Shown piece by piece: positions 40,023-52,270 of a stretch of 64,000 bases of DNA; the first letter of the stretch is position 1; each line of letters opens with the position of its first letter. The DNA is from Massalongia carnosa (taxonomy: Eukaryota). Position numbers and translations under genes: made by a program. Where the stretch lies: the NCBI GenBank assembly GCA_965645245.1, contig OZ287068.1:1798001-1862000 (forward strand), given 5' to 3'. The notes under the pieces were generated by a model. That model had not been told where the DNA came from. It was given only the letters and a program-made list of their open reading frames with translations, and made no database searches.

Positions 40023-40615
40023 TCAATGTTGCCATCGAAGTGGCACTCCCTCCTTCACCGGCGGGGGGCTTATGCTAGCCTCCTGCTTCGCCGTCGTCGG
40101 CGCACCGTCCTGCTCGTCAATGCTCGTTTGCCTGTGCAGGAAGCTGTGTTCTTTGACGGGACTGCCGCTCTGGCCACCTGGTAATGACAAACCGCCATTT
40201 ACGTGACTGGTGCCGTGACCGTTGCCAGGACCGTTGAGGGCTGGTGAAGTTAGATGTGGGATGTTTTCCGGGAGGGGGTGCTGAGAGCCGATATTGGTGA
40301 CACCACCTTCGGAGGCTTTGCCGGCTTTGGAGAGGGCGTAGTCACCAGAGTCGAAATACTTGCGTTCCTGGTGCGGGTTTGTTTACTAAGGTGAAATATC
40401 AGGGGTTGGGGAAGGCGGAATATACCTCTAGCTTCTTTTGTAATAGGTCCTTTTTGTTGGGTAGTTTGCCATATAGACGGAATAGCTTCTGCTCCTCTTC
40501 GTTGAGAGACTGGTCAAGGAAATAGTCAAACCCTCTTTCCTTTGAATCAGAATGGTAAGTAGACAGAATAGCAACTTACGCTCACGTCAACCTTGTTCTT
40601 CTGATGTGGATTCAT
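40023..40615 (-). CDS. IGO1: Endosulfine/Igo1 family PP2A inhibitor (missing from ORF track, 3 exons)
   Basis: MNPHQKNKVDVS|SLNEEEQKLFRLYGKLPNKKDLLQKKLE|ERKYFDSGDYALSK...VPLRWQH-TGA; YFDSGDY is the Greatwall/Rim15 phosphorylation site. Confidence 0.93.
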
Positions 40616-41798
40616 GATGTATGCAAACTGTTTGCAGATGAAGAAAAGGTCTTTTGTCAGCGGAGAAGCAGAATCGTGGAGAAGAATCTGCTTCCGCGGG
40701 TTTTGTCGACTGAATGAAAAGTCTAGAGAGGAACTTTGACGGTGCCTAGGCTCAAGAGGAATTGATATATGATTCTTCCGTTAATCCCGTCGTTGAAGGT
40801 TCGAGTAGTGCGAGATCAATCAAAGGAAAGTCGTCACATAGAAGGGATTCGGTCTAACTCAGACAGTGAGCATGCGCGGAGAGGGCAACTGAGCTCAACG
40901 ACTGACTAAAAGAAATGAAGTGGACTAGACACGGCGGGGGAGGGGAGGGGTTCATAAGTGAGATATGTGAATGGTTTGCAAGCGGTGATATGAAGTTCTG
41001 GGGAATAGGTACCTCATGTACTTGCTTTGGATTGGCAGATCGTGGTTTGGGCTTGAGAAGTAGTGGAGGCGGATGAATGTAAGTTTATCAAGTGGTGATC
41101 AAGGTATTTAGATTGTTTGAAGGATCAAAAGATTTTCAAACTGTAGAGCTGAAGATGTACGGTTGATAGTAAATGGTTACGGGCGATTCTGGTTCTGATA
41201 GAGCGACTGAACCGTAACACTTCTCGTATCATAAAGTTTGGTTTCAGAAGAGAAAGAAAAGCGAACAGGACCGGAGGGGGATCCAATGATGAATACTGAG
41301 ATCAATGAAACGTAAAGTACTGATACAAAGGTAAAATACAGAGGTATCTGTACTCTGTACTCCGTACCTGTTCTAGTGCCCTGAACGTTTTACGGAGTAC
41401 GGAATACATGGGTTGTTTGTTTGGGCGAGAAAAGTCAACGGAAAAGGAAATGTCTAGGCCTTCCCGCTATACCCAATGTAATCAAGCTCGGCAGCAGCAG
41501 CCCTCCGCCCTTCTCCCCTCCCACCCTCCAGTTTCTTCAATTGGCCTGATTGGCTGAAATACCTAGACAGCTCACGAGATCACCTGCCTGCTTACTAATT
41601 CAACAGACCCTCAGCCACCACGTCATTTGAAACTTTAAAAAAAGTAAAAGTGCAGCAGCATATTAACATCGTACTACTCGGACTTATGACTTTCAATCAT
41701 CAATTAGGTACATTTCTATGCGAAAAACACCTCCTTACCTAAAACCCGTTCCCCGGAAAGTGCAGAACAAACCTGGCAGTGGAATGCCTCTCTGATGC

Positions 41799-42685
41799 AT
41801 GATGCCGGACCCGCCGAACTTAGGATTGAAAACCTACATTGTGGAACACTTAGATCCTGAACTTGGCCCGTGGTCGGTCCTGGAGTACCTAGTAATCGCA
41901 AAGGAATCGGAAGAAAATGAAGCACTGTTTTGTCTTTCGTCGGTGCCCAAGAGCCTCATCATTCCACAAGAAATTCAAGTTGTGAAAGGGACTGTTGTCG
42001 AGGGTCGGAGCGTCGAGGAGTTATACGAAAAGGACAAAGGCCGTATTTGCTTGCTAGATCCAGCAGCCCTGGAGGAGCTAAGTCCACTCGATGGCGCAAA
42101 GTTTGACATATTTTTGTTTGGAGGAATTTTGGGTACGCGGATCGTTCCGGCTAGATGCCATGAACCTGGGGATCAACTGATGATGGAGCTATAGGGGATG
42201 ACCCTCCCCGAGGTAAGCCGGCCTTGATTGCCCCGCTTTCGTCGTGGAGCAAAAATGTGAATCCAAAGTAGATCGGACATCTGAGCTGCGCAGAAAAGGC
42301 TTCCACAGCCGGAGACTAGGACCTGTGCAGATGACTACCGATACCGCAGTGCGGGTGACGCGGACCATTATCCAGCAGAAAGGTGAGCCATAGGTCATTG
42401 GTACCGTGAGGCTGATCGCCGACATTATGATGTCTTAGTGCCTCTGTCCGACATCAAATTTGTGGACAATCCAGAACTCCGGATTGATGAGCATGAGAGC
42501 ACCGAGATGCCCTTTCGCTACATGGCAGACGATCGAGGGATGCCCATCATGCCACCAGTATGTCGTCCTCCAGCTTGATTGTAAACAGCGTCATATTTGA
42601 GCAGAACTGTATCTTGATAGGCTATTAGGGTATGATCGAATTGATCAAAAAGGATTCTGAGAAAGGATTTGGCGATTTATTTTAA
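41799..42685 (+). CDS. SFM1: SPOUT-family protein arginine methyltransferase Sfm1 (DUF431)
   Basis: YIVEHLDPELGPWS.LEY, CLLDP.A..ELSP.DG..FD.FLFGGILG|DDPPR|DRTSELR, RRLGPVQMTTDTAVRVT, ESTEMPFRY; 18-nt exon 42195-42212. Confidence 0.9.
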
Positions 42686-43094
42686 GTGGGTTGCAAGAGA
42701 CGTCGTGGTGATGGCTGCTATCTCTCGATTCAGATCAGCTGTGCCTAGACGAACCGTTAGACGGGTTGATGAGAACGCAAGTTAAAGAGCTTAAGCACGC
42801 GCTCAATGCGGAAGAACAAATAGCGAACAGATTCGAATGGGGCATAGAGTAGATTATCTGGAGCTGATCTTTGTGTTCTTCATCCCATGGGTCCTATGCC
42901 TGTTGAATGATACAGAGCAGGTATTTGCAAAGAGTATTTGCACGCACATCTACCTAGGTGCTCTATACTTGGGTGTATTGGATAAGGCAGAAGATGAACG
43001 AACATGAGGGATGAAGCTTAGAGCGAGCACTAGTTGCCTGAGTTCATTAATTATGACAATAGGTTCGGATTCCGTTAGAGCTGGCCTAAGCCTA

Positions 43095-43282
43095 TCCAGC
43101 GATTTAGTTGTTAATGTCATGAAAGATCTGCACTTTCTGCACTTACTATATCGGATGTAGCTTAGAGACCTAAAGTAGCTCTTATGATTGGACGAAGAAA
43201 ACGAAGTGATCAACCGTTTATGGTATGACAGAATAGGTAACAATCCTTGTAGGTACCTTACTAACAACACTAAATCGCTGGA
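43095..43282. mobile_element. MITE-like element (188 bp, TA-flanked)
   Basis: TA|TCCAGCGATTTAGT (43093-43108) ... ACTAAATCGCTGGA|TA (43269-43284), perfect inverted match; no transposase inside. Confidence 0.65.
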
Positions 43283-43687
43283 TATCATAGTACTCTAGCT
43301 AACCTAATCAAGATCTAGCTGAGGATCCTTGTACTGCCGTTTGGAGACGTGTGCTCAGATCAAAGAGTCACGTGACCAATGCGATGCACAATCACAGCAT
43401 AAACTACCGAGTACTCCGTACAGACTAGTAACGTTGGAAACTGACTGGCGCCGCATCCAGTGCTTACAATAAAGTTGTCAATACTTAGTTAAAATATTGG
43501 GATGAAACAAACCACCTTCCTGCCATTCGATGCTTGAGATGTTCCACATCCCGTATCCCAACTTGATCCGTGTTAGCTAACAAAGACGGTGTGCTTTATT
43601 TGCCAGGGTTTCCGCCAGCCCGTGACGATGACGAGTAAACTCTTGGGAAGAAGCTTACATCTTCAACCCTTTGTGTTCCTGAATCTA

Positions 43688-45703
43688 ATGATGCGGTGGC
43701 ATCCTAAACCTTGCCTCTCCGCTCTGCGATCATGGACATGGATAGGTCTGTTACTTTGGCCGGTGGCCTCGGTGACAGGCAAGACGGCAGCCGATTACTA
43801 TGTTAGCTCGATGCCTGGCCAGCCAGACGGGCCATTATTGAATATGCATGCTGGGTATTTGATCGTAGCACCATTAAAGCACTATGAGAGCTAATGAGTT
43901 GGCAAAGGCACATCGAAGTCACCCCGGAGCATCATGGCAACCTCTTCTTCTGGCATTTCGAAAACCGCCACATTGCCAATCGACGGAGAACGGTGATATG
44001 GCTGAATGGAGGTCCAGGGTGTAGCTCTATGGATGGGGCACTGATGGAAATAGGACCGTACCGGCTGAAGGACAGCGCACATCTGGTTTACAATGAAGGG
44101 TCCTGGGATGAATTTGCAAATTTGCTGTTCGTGGACAATCCTGTTGGTACCGGCTACAGCTACGTGGACACGGATAGTTATGTACACGAACTTAAGGAAA
44201 TGGCGGATCAGCTAATTATCTTCTTGGAGAAATTCTTTGACCTCTTCCCAGAGCACGAAGATAATGACGTGGGTTGCATTGGATGCATATGCCATGCCCT
44301 AGCTAACGGATGACCAGATATATATTGCTGGCGAATCATATGCAGGACAGCACATTCCTTATTTAGCGCAAGCCATTCTTGACCACAATGCCTCAGCAGC
44401 CAGAAGAAAAACCTGGAACCTTCTAGGCCTCATCATTGGAAATGGCTGGATATCTCCGTTGGAGCAGTATCATGCCTACTCGGAATACGCATTTGCAGCC
44501 GGTTTGATCAAACCTGGTTCAAATGAAGCCAAACAGCTCGAACCTACCCAACAAAAATGCGTCCAGGCTCTCAACGCCACTGGAGGGACCGACCATGTCA
44601 GTATCTCGGCCTGCGAGGATATTCTGGTGGAGATACTGCGGTTATCGCAGAAGAACAATCGCTGTGTCAACATGTATGATGTCCGCCTTGATGATACCTA
44701 TCCCAGCTGCGGCATGAAGTGGCCTCCGGATCTGGAATACGTAACCCCCTATCTTCGGCGCCAAGACGTCATTGAAGCCCTGCACGTTAGCAAAGGCAAG
44801 CAATCCGGGTGGACCGAATGTGGCGGAGCCGCCGGCGCCAATTTCGACGCTTCCAAATCAAAACCATCCATCACCATGCTTCCAAGCCTTTTAGAAAAGA
44901 TGCCCATGATTCTCTTCTCCGGCGACAAAGACTTGATCTGCAACCACCTAGGTACAGAAGAATTCATCCATAACATGGAATGGAATGGCGGCAAAGGTTT
45001 CGAGCTTTCCCCCGGCACGTGGGCCCCCCGCCGCGACTGGACCTTCGAGGGCGAGCCGGCCGGGTTTTACCAAGAAGCGCGTAATCTCACGTACATCGTT
45101 TTCTACAACTCGTCGCACATGGTGCCCTTCGACTACCCGCGCCGGACGCGAGACATGCTGGACCGCTTCCTGAACGTCGACATCGCCAGCATCGGGGGAA
45201 AACCCTCGGACTCGCGCATCGATGGAGAACAGGGCTTGCAAACGAGCGTTGGCGGCCACTCGAACAGCACCACCGCGGAGCAGGCGCAGCAGACCAAACT
45301 CGCCGCGGCCAAGTGGGCGGCTTACTACAAGTCCGGCGAGGTGGCGCTGGTGGTCGTCATCATTCTGGCGAGTGCATGGGGGTGGTACGTGTGGCGGGAT
45401 CGACGCCGGAGGACGGGATATCGCGGCCTGTTCGGCGGCTCGGGCTCCAACGGCCTCCAGTTTTTCCGGGACAACATGGGTGTCGCGGGAGCAGCGAGGC
45501 ATGTGGGCGGGGATGTAGAGACGGCGGACTTCGACGAGAGCGAGTTGGATGAATTGAATGTCGTTGGTGGCGAGGAGGGGGAGGGGGATTATGAGGGGAA
45601 ATATGGGCTTGGGGGTGGGCTGGATGGCGATGATGAGGATGATCGGCCTGGGGGCGTGAACGGGACGGCGAATGAGAAGACGAATGGGCATGCGGAGAAA
45701 TGA
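43688..45703 (+). CDS. KEX1: Pheromone-processing serine carboxypeptidase Kex1
   Basis: Signal-like N-terminus, [52 protein letters not shown], a C-terminal TM segment and an acidic tail. Confidence 0.95.
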
Positions 45704-46293
45704 GTTTGGCAGGTGGCCAAAGGGGGGGGGGGGAGGGGACGGCGAATACTGTAGGTAAGGAAGCCAGGCTGCATTTGTCGGAGTTTAGTTACCTTGCCTT
45801 GTCTCTGGAAGATGGATGGGGGGGGTTATTTCTTGGAACGTATAGGGGAAAAAGGGAACTGGGGCGAGAAGGGCAGCATTTTCTAGAGACATACAGCATG
45901 CAATTTTTTTCTAGGTATTTAATTTGCTTACTATCTTCATGGTTTCTTCTATTCCCGAGTATTTCAATAGATGAAGGGGATTCATAGCAATATAAATTGC
46001 ATTCATTGCAACGGGTTCTTAAATCAGAGGTTGGAGAGTGGTTGGTATATACCTGCTGATTTTCTTAGTCCAGGAATACTGAGAAGAGAGGTCCCGTCCT
46101 CCCTGCTCGAGTCCTGACGCAGGCGGGTGAGATACGAATGATAAAGCGTAATTTGTCTAAGTATGACTATCCTCGCTCACTCGTATATGCAAGAAATAGG
46201 TCCGGGAAGGAATTTCTTTGCATTCTTACTTCCAGCCTAACTCGAACACATTGAGTAGAACAAAAAAAGCGGTGATGGGGGGTTTCCGGGGGG

Positions 46294-46424
46294 ACGTCCA
46301 CTTCAGATACCATAACGCATAAATCGTGTCGTCACGGGCCCTCCGACACCACGCGGGGTCTGCGGAGAAAATAGCCTAAGTGCTTGACTCTATTGATTTC
46401 TGGGATTCTCATCATTGTGGACGT
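46294..46424 (-). ncRNA. Box C/D snoRNA with two rRNA guides (snR66-like and snR68-like)
   Basis: 8-bp terminal stem ACGTCCAC/GTGGACGT; box C ATGATGA (46415-46409); D' CTTA (46380-46377); C' GTGACGA (46335-46329); box D CTGA (46306-46303); 11-nt antisense elements TAGAGTCAAGC and TGCGTTATGGT matching conserved LSU rRNA segments as recalled. Confidence 0.88.
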
Positions 46425-46680
46425 GCCTTTCGGGGAAAGAGGAATGGAGGAGAAGTCTGACTTGTGCGACCAAGCGCTTTCCTTCTTGTGCCTTCCTCTC
46501 TCACAGCCAGAATCTTTCGCCTTCTTCTATTTCCCCCCAATGGATTGTGTTTCATCCCTCCTATGCAAGAGCGTAGGAGGAGAAAGGGAGGGAGAAGAAA
46601 AAAGTCGGGCTGAAAAGAGAGATCTCGAGGGTAAGGGAGGAGGGAAAACGGGCTTTGGGGAAATATGTATGAGAGGGGGG

Positions 46681-47416
46681 ACTCCTCGCCTCATGAATAA
46701 GCCCCATCGAGTTACCCCTGTGCTCTCAAAGGCAATGCCAACGGGAGAAGAAGGGCAATCGCATAACTATCCATCACGACCAAAAACACCCTCCCATGAA
46801 GTCTCCTCACCACACCAATACAATATCTTTTACCCCCAATTTCTCCCCAAGGCAGCGAGACCCCAGTAAGACAAATCCCCAGCCTCCTTCCCAACCATCA
46901 ATCTCAACCTCACCCGTTTCGAGTTCCCCATCAACGAATCCCGCCCGGAGAAAGAAAGCGCACGCGAGAAATCACAAGCCTAGTCCCGAAGAGCTCGGAC
47001 TCATATCATCGTCACTATGGTCTCTTCAGAACCGAAGCTCACGATACCCCAAGATAACTTCAACCCCGACTTGGAAAGGTGTCACGAGGTCAAAAACAGA
47101 GAGAGAAGTATGTCAGGGATGGGAAGTGCGAGCGGCGAAGGGAAAGTCCACGAAGTCAAGGGAACCAATCAGGGTTACTATCAGGAAGAACAAGGTGATT
47201 GGTGGGAAAGAAGGAAGACGGAAGTAGGGAGGGTTAAGCCGCGTAAACGTTGCTTTTATGGCGGCGCGTTTCCGCTGCTCATCTCACTGCCCCGAAGGGA
47301 AGGAGATGCGGTCCGGGGACTTTCTCCCAAAGCATATGCACATATTGTGAAGTGGTGAGAGATTTGGCAATCGTCTCGGTTCGTAAGCTTTGACTGCGAT
47401 TCTTTGAGCGAGGAGT
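46681..47416 (-). ncRNA. NME1: RNase MRP RNA (~736 nt)
   Basis: P1 ACTCCTCGC/GCGAGGAGT; P3 CAAAGCTTAC...ATATGCTTTG; CR-I GAAAGTCCCC (47324-47315) pairs with CR-V ACTCGATGGGGCTTA (46712-46698); P8 GCG-GAAA-CGC (47275-47266); CR-IV ATAGTGACGAT (~47018-47008). Confidence 0.92.
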
Positions 47417-47450
47417 GAAGAGGGAAGATGGAGTATGATGGGTGATGAAA

Positions 47451-47457
47451 ATTTATA
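47451..47457 (-). promoter_or_regulatory. TATA box for the MRP RNA unit
   Basis: TATAAAT ~35 nt upstream of the predicted 5' end; lies in the ~295-bp gap shared head-to-head with GLE2. Confidence 0.6.
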
Positions 47458-47710
47458 GTTGTGGGGGATGAGGCTGATGAGCAACTAACTAAGCGAGTGG
47501 CTGAACTTGGAAATGGTGGCTTGATGGGCTAGGCGGGCGCGGGTGCCTGTTTTGGGATTGATATACTCGCAGCCAGAGGAGAGAGGGCATTCCGGACTGA
47601 AATTGATGCGGTGGAAGATATCAGCCAAACAGCCCCTATTTGAATCCCCCCAGCAAATGATCAGAATTCAACGCACCTAGATTCTTTTCCGCCATCATCG
47701 CCAATCTATC

Positions 47711-48949
47711 ATGTCAGGCCTCTTCGGTACTGCCTCCTCCAGCTCGAGTTCCAACGCCACACTCGGGGATATCTCCAAAGACGTCGCTTTGACAGCCCCC
47801 CCCGAAGACAGCATATCCGACCTTTCATTTTCGCCCGTATCAGAGCATTTGGCCGTGGCATCATGGGACAAAAAGGTCCGCATCTACGAGATCAACCCAC
47901 AAGGCGCAAGCGAAGGGAAAGCTCTCTACGAGCACGAACAACCGGTATTCAGCTGCTGCTGGTCTAGAGTAAGCTGCTATCATTCTCGAAATCTTCAACT
48001 CGACCGCAAATGCTCACGTAAATGTAAAACTACAGGACGGCACCAAAGTTGTCAGCGGAGGCGCCGACAAGGCAGCCCGCATGCTCGACCTAACCGCACC
48101 TCAAAACCCTGCGGAACAAGTCGCCGTGCATGACCAGCCCATCCGCTGCGTGCGCTTCGTCGAAGTGCCCGGTCAAGCAACGCCCGTCCTCGTAACTGGC
48201 TCGTGGGACCGCACAATCAAGTACTGGGACCTGCGGCAGCGCACGCCCGTGGCATCGGTGACGTGCCAGGAGCGGGTCTATAGTATGGACGTCATTAACA
48301 AGCTGCTAGTCGTCGCGACGGCAGATCGCTATATTAATATCATCAATCTCGATAAGCCAACCGAGTTTTACAAGACAATGCAGAGCCCGCTGAAGTGGCA
48401 GACCCGCATCGTCAGCTGCTTCGCTGATGGCTCCGGCTTCGCAGTCGGTAGCATCGAAGGGCGTTGCGCAATTCAATATGTCGAGGATAAAGACAGCAGG
48501 TAAGCCTATTTCCCTCTCGCCCCTCTCAACGCCTCCTCGAAAGAGAATGCCCGCTAACCTGGCCCTCCCCTTTCCTTCCATATAGCGCCAACTTCTCCTT
48601 CAAATGCCACCGCCAAACCCCCCCCGGCCAGCGCGACGTCAGTCAAGTCTACTCCGTCAACGCCATTTCCTTCCACCCCGAACATGGCACCTTCAGCACC
48701 GCTGGCAGCGACGGCACCTTCCACTTCTGGGACAAGGACGCCAAGCATCGCCTCAAGGGCTATCCCGAAGTCGGCGGCACCATCCCGGCCACGGCCTTCA
48801 ACCGCCAGGGAAATATCTTTGCGTATGCCGTGAGTTATGATTGGAGCAAAGGGTACGCGGTCAATACGCCGCAAACGCCGAACAAGGTCATGTTGCATCC
48901 GGTGCAGCAGGATGAGTGTAAGCCAAGGCCGAAGGTGGGCAAACGGTAA
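47711..48949 (+). CDS. GLE2: WD40 poly(A)+ RNA export factor Gle2/Rae1
   Basis: PPEDSISDLSFSP, SWDKKVRIYE, TGSWDRTIKYWDLR, SPLKWQTR, GSIEGRCAI, FSFKCHR, GTFSTAGSDGTFHFWDKDAKHRLK, YAVSYDWSKG; two introns. Confidence 0.96.
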
Positions 48950-49730
48950 TAGGGGGTGTGGAAGCAATGAGTGGGAGCGTGTGGAGGGCCAGATGGGTTT
49001 CGTCGGATGACTCAGCGTGTGTGTGGGCTCGGCGAGGTGGACAAAAGAGGCTCTAAAAACCATCCATTCCCAGGATCTAACTAACTATTCATCATCCTCC
49101 AAAAAAAAACAAAACAAAAACGCCGCAGAAAAAAGACATGACAAAGCCCACTTATTCAAACAAGTGCTCATGGAAATGGAAATGGAAATGAAAACGCAAA
49201 CCTTCAGACAAATATCCCAAGTCACGAACAAACGGTGCGAATTTAACTACCTATTTCCCCCCCCCCCCCCCAAATTTCCTCTATCTACTGGTCTCCCTCC
49301 CTCCCTCCTCTCTCTTCTCTCTTTATTTCGTATGGATTGGATGGGTAGGCGGATTTAGTTGATAGGGAGGAAGGGATGGGAAAGGATAGTAGGCAGGTTA
49401 GAAGGAACGACAAAGAAAATGAATAGCTAGATAGTCAACTACATAATCGAAACTCCTCCCCCCTTCTCTCTCACTCCCTCCCTTCTTTTCCCTTCTTTCT
49501 CACCCTCTGTTTCCCTGTTTCTCAAAAACCCATAAAAAGAAAGAAAGAAAGAAAGAGAAACGTGAACATTAAGAAGTAGAAGCAGTAAAGACTTTTCTTA
49601 GTTTATATAAGTTAGGCCATATCTACATAACCACTAATCCTACTACATAGATATATGGCACCCACCCCCTTTTCTTCTAGCATTTCCATCTCCTTCAACC
49701 CCTAAACTTCCACCATCCACTCATCGCTCA

Positions 49731-52270
49731 TCAACTCAACCTCCCACCCGCACCCACCTCTGCACCCTCCTTCCCCCTCCCCGCCAAAAGGTTCAGCGCG
49801 CTCCCGGCCAAAATAAAACCCGCTTGATCCCTGCTAAAGGAATGCTTCACCGCAACCGTTCTCGTCCCGCCATCGCTTCCGTTTAATTTCTTTACCTGCA
49901 ACAGCACCTCCCCCTCCCCGCCATTCCGTAACATGTCGAAAAGGCCTTCCACGCTTACCAAATCCCCGGCCTCGACCGCGCCCTCGTCGTAATCCGCTGG
50001 GCGGGCGAAACACAGCGGTACTACGCCTTGCTTCTTTAAGTTCGTCTCATGGATGCGCGCGAACGATTTGGCAAGCACGACGCGTGCACCCAAAAAGCGC
50101 GGCTGCAGAGCGGCGTGCTCTCGCGCGCTGCCTTCACCGTAATTGTCCTCGGCGACCACGAGCCATTCGTGGCCTTGGGCTTGCCATTTACGAGCTAAAT
50201 CTGGAATAGAGCTTGAAGGGGATCCTGACGCGAAGTGGTCGTACGCAACGTTCGTTTCGCCTGTGGCAGCGTTGACGGCCCCGATAAGGGTGTTGGCGCT
50301 GATGTTGGGAAGGTGGCCTTTATATTTGAGCCAAGGGCCAGCGGCGGAGATGGTGTCCGTGGTGCATTGGCCCTTTATTTTAAGGAGAACACGGAGAGGG
50401 GGAAGATCCTTTTGGGGGAAAGGGTGAAAGGGCTCGAGAATGGCCAGACGGGAGGAGGTGGGGGAGATGAGGACAGGATGGGATGGGGATGGAACGCCCG
50501 GGGTGGGTTGAAGGGCGGAGTCTCCTTTGGCAAAGCCAGCGGCAGGGAGATCCGAGCCTCGAGGAGGGGAAAAGCGGAAAGGTTGGCCAGAAGGGGTGAG
50601 GAGCGAGTCAGTTAGGGGGTTAAAGGTTGTAGAGCCTGCGTAGGTCATGGCGGTGACGATTTCGGGGGAGGCGAGGAAGTTCATGGTCGCTGGATTGCCG
50701 TCGTTGCGGCCGCGAAAGTTGCGGTTGTAGGAGGTGAGGATGGCATTGATGTCGCCGCGGGAGGCGCCGTCGGTGCGCTTCCATTGCCCGATACAGGGGC
50801 CGCAGGCGTTCGCTAGTATGGTACCCCCAGCGGAAGAAAAAGTTGTGAGAGTCGAGTCACGAGAGAGCGTGGCTCGGATCTGCTCGCTGCCGGGGGTGAT
50901 GAAAAATTCGGCTTTGGGCGAGAGGCCTGCTGCTATCGCCTGCTTGACGAGATCTTCTGCTCGTGTCATGTCTTCGTAGGAGCTGTTGGTGCAGCTACCA
51001 ATAAGTCCAGCCCCAAAAGTCTCGGGCCATTTGTTGGCCTTCACAGCCTCCTTAAACTGCGACAAGGGGATAGAGAGGTCTGGTGTGAAGGGACCATTGA
51101 TATGGGGTTCGAGATTTGAAAGATCGATAGTGATGAGCTCGTCGTACTCGACATTGACGTCGGCGGAGAGAAGATTTGTCAAGTCGGGGGAAGAGGCAAT
51201 TTTGGCTGCAACAGAGGCCACTGGAGCTCTATGTGTCGAGTGTAGATATGGGATCATGCTGGGTGTGAACGGGAAAATTGACGTTGTTGCACCTACTTCA
51301 GCTCCCATGTTGCAGATTGTAGCCATTCCAGTGCAGCTGATTGTCTGAATCCCGGGGCCAAAGTACTCAATGACAAACCCTGTTCCTCCACGCACGGTTA
51401 ATATTCCTGCAAGTTTCATGATAACATCTTTTGGCGTCGCCCAGCCTTCCAGTTTTCCTTCAAGCTTCACTCCTAAAATCTTTGGAGCTTTCAGTTCCCA
51501 GGGCGCATCAACCATGGCATCAACAGCATCGGCTCCACCGACGCCAATGGCAATTGCGCCCAGTCCACCAGCATTGGGGGTGTGACTATCGGTCCCCAGC
51601 ATCATCAGCCCTGGCGCGGCGTAGTTCTCAAGAACAGTCTGATGGATGATGCCCGCACCAGGAGGCCAGAACTCAATCCCATACTTCTTTGCCGCCGACT
51701 CGAGAAAATTAAACACCTCTTTGTTGCCGATAATGGACGCAGGCAGGTCGACGTCTGCCCCTCGCTCTCCGACAATCATATGATCACAATGGATGCTGGT
51801 TGGAACTGCCGTGGATGGTAGACCACAGGACATGAATTGTAGCAAAGCCATCTGCGCTGATGCATCCTGCATAGCAACACGATCGGGTTTAAGCTTGAGA
51901 GTGGCATTTCCCCGGATGTTCCTGCCATTCTGTGTGTTTGATAATAAGGATTCCTCAGGACTGTCCAAATGCGAATAGAATATCTTTTCAGCGAGGGTCA
52001 ACGGCCGGTTTGCTCCCAGTACTCTTCGGACTGCGTGCAGGTTCTTTGTCAACCTAGAATATGGTGGTGTTCTCAAAGCTAGGTCCGAATAAACTGGGGA
52101 GGTTGGTATCGCCTCTGTGGCGAGTGACCGGTAGCCTATATTGCGATTTACGTCTCCCCAATAGCCTTGCTTGATTGAGTCAGCCAATGCTCCCACCACC
52201 ATAGGGTATTGGATAGCAGACAGACTCTCAGCACAGCCGTTCCTCGACGCCCGACTTTGAAGGGCAGCAT
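49731..52270 (-). CDS. ACO2: Mitochondrial aconitase-family enzyme, Aco2/AcoB (homocitrate dehydratase) type
   Basis: LTLAEKI, PDRVAMQDASAQMA, IHCDHMIVG, GTDSHT, LIGSCTNSS, ANACGPCIGQW, YGEGSAREHAA; start inferred as MLPFKVGRRGTAVLR plus an intron (GTCTGT...GCTGAC...AAG) rather than ORF-track start 52370. Confidence 0.9.

Noticed and set aside
45950..46290. Possible third ncRNA (H/ACA-like hairpins) downstream of the snoRNA
   Set aside because: Some hairpins can be drawn, but no consistent H box, ACA box and pseudouridylation pocket could be assigned
47168..47240. TAACCCT on the minus strand (twice) as a telomerase RNA template
   Set aside because: Both lie inside the region bracketed by RNase MRP P1/P4 motifs; no full TAACCCTAA and no convincing pseudoknot found
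46384..47358. Plus-strand ORFs of 161, 143 and 113 aa
   Set aside because: Low complexity, no recognisable motifs, antisense to the MRP RNA and snoRNA
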